From NCBI GenBank assembly GCA_038321865.1, contig JBBQFH010000043.1, positions 1-16,581 of the forward strand: DNA of 16,581 nucleotides. The letters are read 5' to 3'. Below, one piece after another: positions 1-8,215 of this stretch (its first letter is position 1; each line of letters opens with the position of its first letter). The position numbers and the translations under genes were made by a program. Under the pieces are notes generated by a model that saw only the letters and a program-made list of their open reading frames with translations, did no database searches and was not told the DNA's origin. The DNA is from Gemmatimonadales bacterium. GTDB lineage: Bacteria; Gemmatimonadota; Gemmatimonadetes; Gemmatimonadales; GWC2-71-9.

Positions 1-193
1 CGCCGACGATGAACAGGAAGAAGGGAAAGATCAGATCGGTGGGCGTCCACCCGTTCCATGCCGCATGCTCCAGCGGCGGATAGATGTGCTCCCAGCTGCC
101 CGGATTGTTGACCAACATCATGCCGGCCACAGCCAGCCCACGAAACGCGTCCAGCGAGCGGAGCCGCCCGGCCGGCAGTACCGCGCTGGTCAT
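1..193 (-). CDS. Heparan-alpha-glucosaminide N-acetyltransferase-like (HGSNAT/NagX/DUF5009-type) membrane acyltransferase, N-terminal 64 aa only (runs off window)
   Basis: Not in the ORF track. Manual translation from ATG at 193 gives [64 protein letters not shown], with the family motifs RLxSLDxFRG, MxLVNNPG and [22 protein letters not shown]. The ATG overlaps the GH38 stop (ATGA at 193-190). Confidence 0.9.
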   Translation of the reverse strand, partial: MTSAVLPAGRLRSLDAFRGLAVAGMMLVNNPGSWEHIYPPLEHAAWNGWTPTDLIFPFFLFIVG

Positions 194-2787
194 CGGATCC
201 GGACCGAGGCGATTTGCCTCGCGGCAGCGCGAAAGCGCACCAGGCCGCCACGCTCGATCGGCAGCCGCTCGCCCGGGCGCTCATCGGCGCGTGTCCGCTC
301 CGCGCTCGCGGGTTCGGGCCGGACGCGCCACGCACCGTCCACCGCGACATCGCGCGCGTTCCAGCAGCGCAGCACCATGCCATCGCCATCCTCGGCCGGC
401 TTGACCGCCGAGAATACCAGCCCATCACCAGTCAGGTCGATCGAGGGGGAGACGAAATCGGCGCCAGGCGAATCGCGGAGCCAGGCTCCCCGCGTCGGCA
501 GCATCGCGTCCTCCCACCGTTCCATCAGGCGGTCGGGCTGCGCGAGCTCGGCTGCGGTCACCGGCCCAAGCGCGATTTCTATCCGGTCCGGGCCCAGGCA
601 CTGCGCGGCAGGTGTCGGGGTGGCCCAACCCGCATGCCCGGGCCGGGTCGGAAGGTCGCCGCGCGACAGCTCACCCACCGACCGCAGCAGCGTGAAGAGC
701 AGGTCACTGCCGGTCCATTCGTATTCGAAGAATCCCGGCGCGAACACCACCAGACCACGCCCATCGCCGGCAGCCGCGACCGCCCGGTGCGCGGGCGAGG
801 TCCGAACGGCTGTCTCGGACGGAGCGTCGAGCGGGAGTTCGACCGGCCGCGCGATGGTGCCGAAGGCGGTGCCGGCAGTCGCCGTTGCCGCACGAATGCC
901 GACGGGGATCCTCATGCGGAGCCGGCGGTGACGCGCTGAATTGTCGAGGTCGATCACACAGCGGACAAACGGCTCTCCTGACCGCAGCGACACGCGGAGT
1001 CGTACTTCGACGCGCGCGAAGCTCGACACCGACTCGAGCTCGGCGACGAGCGGGCCGCGTGCCAGTGCGCGCAGCCGCACCGGCCCCACCCTCCGGCCGG
1101 ACGCCCCCTCGGTCGGGCAAAAGGTATAGGTGTCGCCCGCGTCAGGGTCGCTTTCAAGGGTGAGCAGCCCGTGATAGCTGGCACCGGTTTGCCGATCGGT
1201 GACGGACAGCGATCCATCCCGCTCGAGCGTGGCCTCGATCCGCTCATTTCGCATCGTTCCGCCGACCAGCTCGACCCCCGTTTCAGGCGGCGGGCCGGCA
1301 GCCGTCAGCGTCATCCGGGCGAGGGAAAGGCCGGCCAGCACCGGGCTCCGGAACGCGATCCGCACCGAATCCACTTCATCCAGATCGGGATAATGGCGCG
1401 GCGCATCGATGCGCTCGAGCACGGACCGGCGCCCCAGCACCTGCACGGGTACGACAGCGCCGTCGGAACCGATGAGGGAGAACGGGGAGTACCCCGGTCC
1501 GCTTCCGGCGGTACGATCGCCGGGCGGCCCGACCAGGATGTCCCGGCGGAAGAAGCTGAGGTCGGCGATTACGACCGCCTCCCGCGGTCTGGGAGCCGGG
1601 TTCCACAGGACGAGTGCCGGCGCCGGCGGCAGGTCGCGGTCGCGCGCGAGGTCCGGATCGTACCCGGCCAACTCATGGAGCGCGTCCCGCACGATTTCGC
1701 GGGCCAGCCCCGCAACCGAGGTGAGGCGTACCTCGACTTCGGCGGCAACGCTGTCCGCGGAGCAGCCCGCGATGGCGTCATGAAAGTGGCACTGCACCAG
1801 CTCGCGCCAGGCCGCAGTGAGGAGCGGACCTCGCGCCCGGCCGCCGGCTCGCCGGGCGAGTGCGCTCAACGGCTCGGCCATTCGCTCGAGCCAGAGCTCC
1901 GCCCTGGCGGCGCGCCGCTTCATCGGTGCCCGGGTCGAGTGGACGCCTTGCAGGGTCCAGGTGTAGCCGGGCGAGGACCGGAGCTCGCCACTGACCGGGT
2001 GCGCAGGCCCGAGCTCACGGTCCGCCGCAGCCAGGAAGGTGTCGAGGCGCGACACGAGCACGTTGCTGCGCGGCTCGAGCGCGGCGAGTGATGTACGGAG
2101 CCGCACGATCGCCGGGTGCGCGGCGTGATGATCGGCACCGACGAAGACGGCGACGTGGCGAGTGGCCGCGCGTGCCACGAGCAGGTCGCGAACCTGCGGC
2201 CATGCACGCGCGAGCGACTCCGGCTCCGCCGGAAGTGCCGCGCCGACCTCGTAGCCGGCCGGCGGCAGGTGATAAACGAGGATCTCCGCGCCATCCGGTG
2301 CACGCCACCGCACCAGATCGAGCAACCCGCCAAGCCCGCGCCAGATCGCCCCCCGCGTGATCCCGAACTCGCTCCCGAGCGACGGCCACGCGGCCGGGTG
2401 GCCGAAGGCATCGGGCGAGTAGAGCGCCTCGCTCCGCCGCCCCAATCGCGCCGACTGCGCCGCACCGATCAGGAGGTTCCGTACCAGCGATTCAGCGGAG
2501 GGAATGATTTCGTCGGCCAGCACGTACCACGGCCCGGTCTGCAGCCGTCCGGCCGCCACGAGGTTGCGGACCCTGCGGGCCTGCTCCGGTCGGATGGCGA
2601 GGTAATCCTCCAGCAGGACCGTCTGGCCATCGAGGAGGAAGGTGGCAAAGGCCGGCTGCGACTCCAGCCGCCCGATGAGGTCGTCCAACGCGGCGACCAG
2701 GCGGGCCCCGAAGGCCGCGCGCGGCAGGTACCACTCACGGTCCCAGTGAGTGTGTGGAATGAGGTGGAAGACGACCGGCGCGCTCAA
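190..2787 (-). CDS. Glycoside hydrolase family 38 alpha-mannosidase (mannosylglycerate hydrolase MngB-like), 865 aa
   Basis: Motifs: HTHWDREWY (metal-binding), [24 protein letters not shown], nucleophile motif DAFGH, and [10 protein letters not shown]. The TTG start overlaps the acnA stop (TTGA at 2787-2784). No signal peptide is apparent. Confidence 0.9.
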   Translation of the reverse strand: MSAPVVFHLIPHTHWDREWYLPRAAFGARLVAALDDLIGRLESQPAFATFLLDGQTVLLEDYLAIRPEQARRVRNLVAAGRLQTGPWYVLADEIIPSAESLVRNLLIGAAQSARLGRRSEALYSPDAFGHPAAWPSLGSEFGITRGAIWRGLGGLLDLVRWRAPDGAEILVYHLPPAGYEVGAALPAEPESLARAWPQVRDLLVARAATRHVAVFVGADHHAAHPAIVRLRTSLAALEPRSNVLVSRLDTFLAAADRELGPAHPVSGELRSSPGYTWTLQGVHSTRAPMKRRAARAELWLERMAEPLSALARRAGGRARGPLLTAAWRELVQCHFHDAIAGCSADSVAAEVEVRLTSVAGLAREIVRDALHELAGYDPDLARDRDLPPAPALVLWNPAPRPREAVVIADLSFFRRDILVGPPGDRTAGSGPGYSPFSLIGSDGAVVPVQVLGRRSVLERIDAPRHYPDLDEVDSVRIAFRSPVLAGLSLARMTLTAAGPPPETGVELVGGTMRNERIEATLERDGSLSVTDRQTGASYHGLLTLESDPDAGDTYTFCPTEGASGRRVGPVRLRALARGPLVAELESVSSFARVEVRLRVSLRSGEPFVRCVIDLDNSARHRRLRMRIPVGIRAATATAGTAFGTIARPVELPLDAPSETAVRTSPAHRAVAAAGDGRGLVVFAPGFFEYEWTGSDLLFTLLRSVGELSRGDLPTRPGHAGWATPTPAAQCLGPDRIEIALGPVTAAELAQPDRLMERWEDAMLPTRGAWLRDSPGADFVSPSIDLTGDGLVFSAVKPAEDGDGMVLRCWNARDVAVDGAWRVRPEPASAERTRADERPGERLPIERGGLVRFRAAARQIASVRIR

Positions 2788-5696
2788 TATGAGGGCGGAT
2801 CGCTGGCCGGAAACGACTCGAGCAGGCCTTCCTCCACGCCGTGCGAAGCTGTTTCGCCGGGCCTTGTCACGTGAGCGACCGAAAGGCCCCCGGAGATCGC
2901 CGTCGCCTTTTCGCGGCCGCGCAGCAGCTGCCGGAGCACGAAGCGCAGGATGCCCCCGTGCCGGTAGTAGAGCATTTCCTGCGGCGTGTCGATGCGGATC
3001 AGCGCCCTGAACGCGCGGACCGTGCCGTCGGCTCTGGTGGCGCGTACCTCCACATCGCGCCCGCCTGCGAATCCGGTTGCGATGCGGCGCGGCAGCCCGA
3101 CGACGTCGAATGTCTCGGTGCCGGTGAGTCCCAGCCCGCCGGCGGACTCGCCCTCCTCGAACTGCAGCGGCAGTATGCCCATCCCCACCAGATTCGACCG
3201 GTGGATCCGTTCGTAACTTTCCGCGAGCACGAACCTGACGCCCTGCAGCTGCGGCCCCTTCGCCGCCCAGTCCCGGCTCGAGCCGGATCCATACTCCTTG
3301 CCGGCGATGATGGTGAGCGGCGTTCCGTCTGCGTAGTAGCGGACCGCCGCATCGAAGATGGACATCACTTCGCCGGTCGGCAGGTAGGTCGTGACGCCTC
3401 CCTCGGTATCCGGTGCCAGCTGGTTCCGGATCCGGGTGTTGGCGAAGATGCCGCGCACCATGACGGCGTGGTTTCCGCGCCGCGACCCGTAGGAGTTGAA
3501 GTCGCGCGGCTCGATGCCGTGACTGATGAGGTACTGGCCGGCCGGCGAGTCGCGCTTGATGCTGCCGGCCGGAGAGATGTGATCGGTGGTGACGCTGTCG
3601 CCGAGGAGGGCGAGGGCGCGCGCACCCACGATGTCGGCCACCTGCTCGGGCGCCTCGCGCGGCATATCGTCGAAATAGGGTGGTCGTCGCACGTAGGTGG
3701 AGTCCTGCTGCCAGGCGAAGCGATCGCCATCGGGCACCTCGATCGCCTGCCAGCGTTCGTCCCCGTCGAAGACACGCGCGTAGGTCTCCCGGTACATCTG
3801 CGAGCGGATCGAGCCTTCCAGCACCTCCTCGATTTCCCGCTGCGCGGGCCAGATGTCCCGGAGGTAGACGGGCGTGCCGTCCCGGCCGGTCCCCAGGGGC
3901 TCGGTGGTCAGGTCAATGTCGATCCGGCCGGCCAAGGCAAAGGCGACCACCAGCGGGGGTGACATCAGGTAATTGGCGCGCACGTCCGAGTTGATCCGGC
4001 CCTCGAAGTTCCGGTTGCCGGAGAGCACCGCCGCCGCCACGAGCCGCCGGTCCTGGATCGCCTGCGAGATTTCGTCGGGCAGCGGGCCGGAGTTGCCGAT
4101 GCACGTGGTGCAGCCGTACCCGACCAGCTGGAAGCCCAGGCGGTCGAGGAAGGGTGTCAACCCGGCCTTCTCGTAATACTGGGTGACCACCTTGGAGCCG
4201 GGCGCGAGTGAGGTCTTGACCCATGGCTTCCGCCCGAGCCCGCGCTGAACGGCATTCCGCGCCAGCAGCCCGGCCGCCAGCATGACGGAGGGATTCGACG
4301 TGTTGGTGCAGCTGGTAATTGCGGCGATGACGACGGCGCCGTCCCGGAGTGCATCGGCCGAGGAGCCGCTCATCGTGGCAAGGGCCGACGGGGAATCCGA
4401 CGTGCCTTCCCCCCAGACGCCGACGGCGCCCGGCCCCGCGCTCGCCCCTTCCGCCGCGCCCTTGTCGCCGGGGTTCGGTCCGCTTGGCCGGAGACCATTC
4501 AGCGCGTGGGCAAAGCTTCGGCCGGCCTGTGCCAGCGGGACGCGATCCTGCGGGCGCCGCGGCCCGGCGATACTGGGCTCCACCGACGAGAGGTCGAGCG
4601 TCACGGTGCTGCTGAACTCGGGCTCGGGAGAATCGGCCGAGTGGAAGAGGCCCTGCTCCTTCATGTAGGCCTCGACCAGCGCCACTCGCTCGGGCGGCCG
4701 GCCGGTAAACCGCAGATAGCGGAGCGTGACCTCGTCCACGGGAAAGATGGCGCAGGTGGCGCCGTACTCGGGCGACATGTTGCCGATCGTCGCGCGGTCC
4801 GCGAGCGCGAGGCTCGCCAGGCCCGGCCCGTAGAATTCGACGAACCTGCCGACTACGCCCTTCTTCCGCAGCAGCTCCGCAACGGTCAGGACCAGGTCGG
4901 TGGCGGTCGCTCCCTCGGGCAGCGCGCCGGAGAGCCGGAATCCGACCACCTCCGGCACCAGCATCGACACCGGCTGGCCTAGCATCGCCGCCTCGGCTTC
5001 GATCCCGCCGACACCCCAGCCGAGCACGCCCAGGCCATTGATCATCGGCGTGTGGGAATCGGTGCCGACCAGCGTATCGGGATAGGCCTGCACCGGCCCG
5101 GACGCGTGAGGATTTTCGTCCGAGGTGAAGACGACGCGGGCCAGATATTCGAGATTCACCTGATGCACGATGCCGGTGTTCGGCGGCACCACGCGGAAAT
5201 TGGCGAATGCCCGCTGGCCCCAGCGGAGGAACGCGTAGCGCTCGCGGTTCCGGGCGTAGTCGAGCTCCTCGTTGATGGCGAACGCCTCCCGGGTGCCGAA
5301 GGCGTCCACCTGCACCGAATGATCGACCACCAGCTCGACCGGCTGCAGCGGGTTGATCCTCGCCGGGTCGCCGCCGAGCGCCTGCATGGCGTCACGCATC
5401 GCGGCCAGATCGACGATGGCGGGCACACCGGTGAAGTCCTGCAGCAGGACTCGCGCAGGCGTGAAGGCGATTTCCCGGTCGCTCACGACGCCGGGGGTCC
5501 AGCGCGCGAGCGCCTCGATATCGTCGGCCGCGACGGTGACCCCGTCCTCGGTACGCAGCAGGTTCTCCAGCAGGATGCGGAGCGAGTACGGGAGCCGGGC
5601 GACCGGCAGGCCGGCGGCCTCGAGGGCGCGCAGGCGAAAGACCTCGAAATACCGGCCGCCGGCCTTGAGCGTGCCGCGGGTGTCGAAGCTGTTCAC
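2784..5696 (-). CDS. acnA: Aconitate hydratase A (AcnA/IRP type), 970 aa
   Basis: Motifs: LPYSLRILLENLLR, RVLLQDFTGVP, DHSVQVD, GIVHQVNLEYL, GTDSHT, Fe-S cysteines in AAITSCTNTSNP and GYGCTTCIGNSG, SGNRNFEGR, GSGSSRDWAAKG. GTG start with AGGAGG just upstream on the minus strand. Confidence 0.98.
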   Translation of the reverse strand: MNSFDTRGTLKAGGRYFEVFRLRALEAAGLPVARLPYSLRILLENLLRTEDGVTVAADDIEALARWTPGVVSDREIAFTPARVLLQDFTGVPAIVDLAAMRDAMQALGGDPARINPLQPVELVVDHSVQVDAFGTREAFAINEELDYARNRERYAFLRWGQRAFANFRVVPPNTGIVHQVNLEYLARVVFTSDENPHASGPVQAYPDTLVGTDSHTPMINGLGVLGWGVGGIEAEAAMLGQPVSMLVPEVVGFRLSGALPEGATATDLVLTVAELLRKKGVVGRFVEFYGPGLASLALADRATIGNMSPEYGATCAIFPVDEVTLRYLRFTGRPPERVALVEAYMKEQGLFHSADSPEPEFSSTVTLDLSSVEPSIAGPRRPQDRVPLAQAGRSFAHALNGLRPSGPNPGDKGAAEGASAGPGAVGVWGEGTSDSPSALATMSGSSADALRDGAVVIAAITSCTNTSNPSVMLAAGLLARNAVQRGLGRKPWVKTSLAPGSKVVTQYYEKAGLTPFLDRLGFQLVGYGCTTCIGNSGPLPDEISQAIQDRRLVAAAVLSGNRNFEGRINSDVRANYLMSPPLVVAFALAGRIDIDLTTEPLGTGRDGTPVYLRDIWPAQREIEEVLEGSIRSQMYRETYARVFDGDERWQAIEVPDGDRFAWQQDSTYVRRPPYFDDMPREAPEQVADIVGARALALLGDSVTTDHISPAGSIKRDSPAGQYLISHGIEPRDFNSYGSRRGNHAVMVRGIFANTRIRNQLAPDTEGGVTTYLPTGEVMSIFDAAVRYYADGTPLTIIAGKEYGSGSSRDWAAKGPQLQGVRFVLAESYERIHRSNLVGMGILPLQFEEGESAGGLGLTGTETFDVVGLPRRIATGFAGGRDVEVRATRADGTVRAFRALIRIDTPQEMLYYRHGGILRFVLRQLLRGREKATAISGGLSVAHVTRPGETASHGVEEGLLESFPASDPPSY

Positions 5697-5701
5697 GACA
5701 T

Positions 5702-5707
5702 CCTCCT
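5702..5707 (-). promoter_or_regulatory. Shine-Dalgarno sequence of acnA
   Basis: Minus strand reads aacAGGAGGatgtcGTG, placing AGGAGG 5 nt before the start. Confidence 0.85.
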
Positions 5708-5708
5708 G

Positions 5709-5737
5709 TTTACATTCGGAGCCGTTCTTCCTACAAT
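5709..5737 (+). promoter_or_regulatory. Putative sigma70 promoter for the REC-HD-GYP gene
   Basis: TTTACA (5709-5714), 17-nt spacer, TACAAT (5732-5737). Each hexamer has one mismatch to consensus, in an otherwise GC-rich context. Confidence 0.7.
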
Positions 5738-5796
5738 TGCAATGTATCGCCGCGCGGCAGGCGCGGCTCGTGGGCTCCGTCTGCCAAGGTATTCCG

Positions 5797-6852
5797 ATGA
5801 CATTCGCAGTCTCCGCGCCGCAGCCAAGCGGCGCGGCGCAGTGTCTCGTCGTGGACGACGAGCCGCTGGTGCGCCGTTCGCTGGTGCGGTTGCTTGAGGC
5901 TCAGGGGTTCGCCTGCCTGGAGGCGGGCTCCGGGCGCGAAGCGATCGATCGGCTGGACGACGTGGGAGAGATCCCGCTGATCGTGTCCGACATGCGCATG
6001 CCCGAGCTGGATGGCCTCGGGCTGCTGGAGCACGTCCGCGAGCGATTCCCCGACACCTCGGTCATCATGCTCAGCGGGATGACCGATACCTCCACCGCGG
6101 TCGAGTGCCTGCAGCTGGGCGCCGCCGACTTCCTGCTGAAGCCGGTCTCGCTCGGCGAGCTCCAGGCGCGCGTGGCGCGTGCCCTGGAGAAGCGGGCCCT
6201 CGTCCTCCAGAATCGGTTCTACCAATCCAATCTCGAGGTGCGGGTGCGGGAGCAGGCGCTCCGGATTCACGAGCTCTTTCTCCAGGGCGTGCAGATGCTC
6301 GCCCGGGCCCTCGAGGCAAAGGATGCCTACACCAGCGGGCATTCGATTCGCGTCAGCCACTACGCCGTGACCACCGCGCGCCTGCTGGGCTTCGCCGGGG
6401 AGGCGCTGGATCATATCCGTCTGGGCGGCGAGCTGCACGACATCGGCAAGATCGGCACCCGCGAATCGGTCCTGCACAAGCCGGGCGTGCTCACGGCCGA
6501 CGAACTGGGTCAGATCAAGGAGCATCCGGCGCTCGGGGAGCAGATGCTGTCACCCCTGGCCCGCGAGTCGCCGTCGGTGCTGCGCTGTGTCCGCTCGCAT
6601 CACGAGCGCATGGACGGTCACGGATTCCCCGACGGACTGGTCGGCGACGCGGTGCCGATCGAGGCGCGGATCATCGCCGTAGCCGACTCCTTCGACGCCA
6701 TGACGACCAATCGTCCCTACCGGGCGCCGTGGGAGCCGGTCGATGCGGTCGCCGAGCTGCATCGCGTGTCCGGCACGCAGCTCGACCCGGCGGTGGTGGA
6801 CGCCTTCTCCAGCGTGTACACCGAGTTTTCGGAGCTCATACCCGCCCACTGA
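5797..6852 (+). CDS. Response regulator with HD-GYP output domain (RpfG-like cyclic-dinucleotide phosphodiesterase), 351 aa
   Basis: REC domain: LVVDDE, VSDMRMPELDG (phospho-Asp), MLSG, FLLKP. HD-GYP domain: KDAYTSGHS, LHDIGKIG, IKEHP, HHERMDGHGFPDGL, AVADSFDAMTTNRPYR. Start trimmed from 5353 to ATG 5797 (AAGGT upstream) because the longer ORF overlaps acnA. Confidence 0.93.
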   Translation: MTFAVSAPQPSGAAQCLVVDDEPLVRRSLVRLLEAQGFACLEAGSGREAIDRLDDVGEIPLIVSDMRMPELDGLGLLEHVRERFPDTSVIMLSGMTDTSTAVECLQLGAADFLLKPVSLGELQARVARALEKRALVLQNRFYQSNLEVRVREQALRIHELFLQGVQMLARALEAKDAYTSGHSIRVSHYAVTTARLLGFAGEALDHIRLGGELHDIGKIGTRESVLHKPGVLTADELGQIKEHPALGEQMLSPLARESPSVLRCVRSHHERMDGHGFPDGLVGDAVPIEARIIAVADSFDAMTTNRPYRAPWEPVDAVAELHRVSGTQLDPAVVDAFSSVYTEFSELIPAH

Positions 6853-6886
6853 ATCACCCGCGGTTTGGCAGATCACACTCCACGCC

Positions 6887-8215
6887 CTACAGGATGCCCC
6901 GGCGCTTCAGCTGCTGATAGCGCTCCACCACCGCCTCGGCCGCGCCGGCCGCGGGGACGTCGAGCACGAGCACGCCCTGGCGCCGCATGGCGGTGAGCGC
7001 CTCCTCGCGCGCCAGCAGCAGCTCTTCGGCCGCGGCCCGTTCGAATGCACCGGCCAGGCCCGCAGCCGGGACCGTCGCGAGGCGCTCGAGCGCGGGGTCC
7101 CTCAGCGTGACGGCCAGCGGCAGGTGGCGCGGGCGCAAGGTCGCCGCGTGCGCCACCAGGGCCTCACTCGCGGTCCGGTCGATCACGTCGGTGAGGAGCA
7201 CCGTGAGCGCACGCTTCCGGCTGCGCGCCGCCACGTACCGGAACACCCCCGGATAATCCGATTCGACCACGCGACCCTCCGCGGCGGCCAGCGCATCGAG
7301 CACCGCGCGCAGCGCGCGGCGCCCGCGCGCCGGCGGCACGTAGCGCTGCACCGTATCGGCGAATACGACGATCCCGACGTCGTCGTCGTGCTCCACCGCG
7401 GCGGCGGCGAGGCGGAGCGCCGCGCCGACCGCCGCCTCGAGCCGCGACACGCCGTCGGTCTCCGCCGTGAGGAGCCGGCCGGCGTCGAGCATGATCAGCA
7501 CCTGCTGGCGCCGTTCGTCCTCGTACTGCCGGGCGATCGGCTTGCCCCGGCGGGCGGTCGCCTTCCAGTCCATGAGCCGGGTGTCGTCACCGGGGACCCA
7601 CTCACGCAGGCTCTCGAACAGGCGCCCCGCGCCGAGCCGGCGAACGTTCCGCAAACCGGCCTCTCGACGGCGGACGCTCGCCGGCAACGCGCGCGGCGAT
7701 GCGCCGGCAATTGATGGAAAGACCGTCGCATTCCATGGAAGGCTGACCCTGCCCTGCCGCCAGGCCAGCCCCAGGCGGCCGAGCACGCGTACCGTGATGT
7801 CTCCGCCTTCGGCGAGGCCGCGCCGACCCGGCGTGACCTCGAGCCGATCGGGTACTGTCTCATCTCGTCGTATGCGCAGCGTCCGTGGTGCGAGCGTCCA
7901 CTGGCCCAACGGCTCCGGCAGGCGCTCACGAACCAGCAGCGTCAGGCTCCGCCCTGCGGGCGAGCGCCACTCGTACAGCACGGGGGCCACCCGCCCCACC
8001 GCGAGCGCCGCCGGCGCCACGCGGCGCACCTGCAGCGCCGCCGGAGATTCTTCGGGCTCGAGCAGCCGAACGGCATCGACCACCAGCGCCGCGACCCAGA
8101 GCACGTCCAGCAGCACCAGCGCCCCGATGGCGTCGGGCCAGACGAGTGACACCGGCGCCAGCGCGGCGAGCCCGGCGCCCACCCGCAGCCACCGGCGGGT
8201 CGGCAGCAGGATCAC
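6887..8215 (-). CDS. DUF58 family (MoxR-associated, vWA-like) protein, 442 aa
   Basis: N-terminal hydrophobic hairpin, then FESLREWVPGDDTRLMDWKATARRGKPIARQYEDER, MLDAGRLL, DDVGIVVFAD, ESDY, and C-terminal YQQLKRRGIL. The GTG start overlaps the MoxR stop (GTGA). Confidence 0.92.
   Translation of the reverse strand: MILLPTRRWLRVGAGLAALAPVSLVWPDAIGALVLLDVLWVAALVVDAVRLLEPEESPAALQVRRVAPAALAVGRVAPVLYEWRSPAGRSLTLLVRERLPEPLGQWTLAPRTLRIRRDETVPDRLEVTPGRRGLAEGGDITVRVLGRLGLAWRQGRVSLPWNATVFPSIAGASPRALPASVRRREAGLRNVRRLGAGRLFESLREWVPGDDTRLMDWKATARRGKPIARQYEDERRQQVLIMLDAGRLLTAETDGVSRLEAAVGAALRLAAAAVEHDDDVGIVVFADTVQRYVPPARGRRALRAVLDALAAAEGRVVESDYPGVFRYVAARSRKRALTVLLTDVIDRTASEALVAHAATLRPRHLPLAVTLRDPALERLATVPAAGLAGAFERAAAEELLLAREEALTAMRRQGVLVLDVPAAGAAEAVVERYQQLKRRGIL

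Noticed and set aside
5353..5796. N-terminal extension of the REC-HD-GYP ORF
   Set aside because: It is antisense to acnA and spans the predicted promoter. The REC domain starts shortly after ATG 5797.
5742..5897. Possible leaderless uORF MYRRAAGAARGLRLPRYSDDIRS... overlapping the response regulator start
   Set aside because: The ATG is only 4 nt past the -10 and so probably upstream of +1. The Arg/Ala-rich composition is what an off-frame GC-rich sequence gives.
6853..6886. Intrinsic terminator or ATCAC direct repeat between the convergent HD-GYP and DUF58 genes
   Set aside because: No stable stem with a U-tract on either strand, and a 5-nt repeat is expected by chance.
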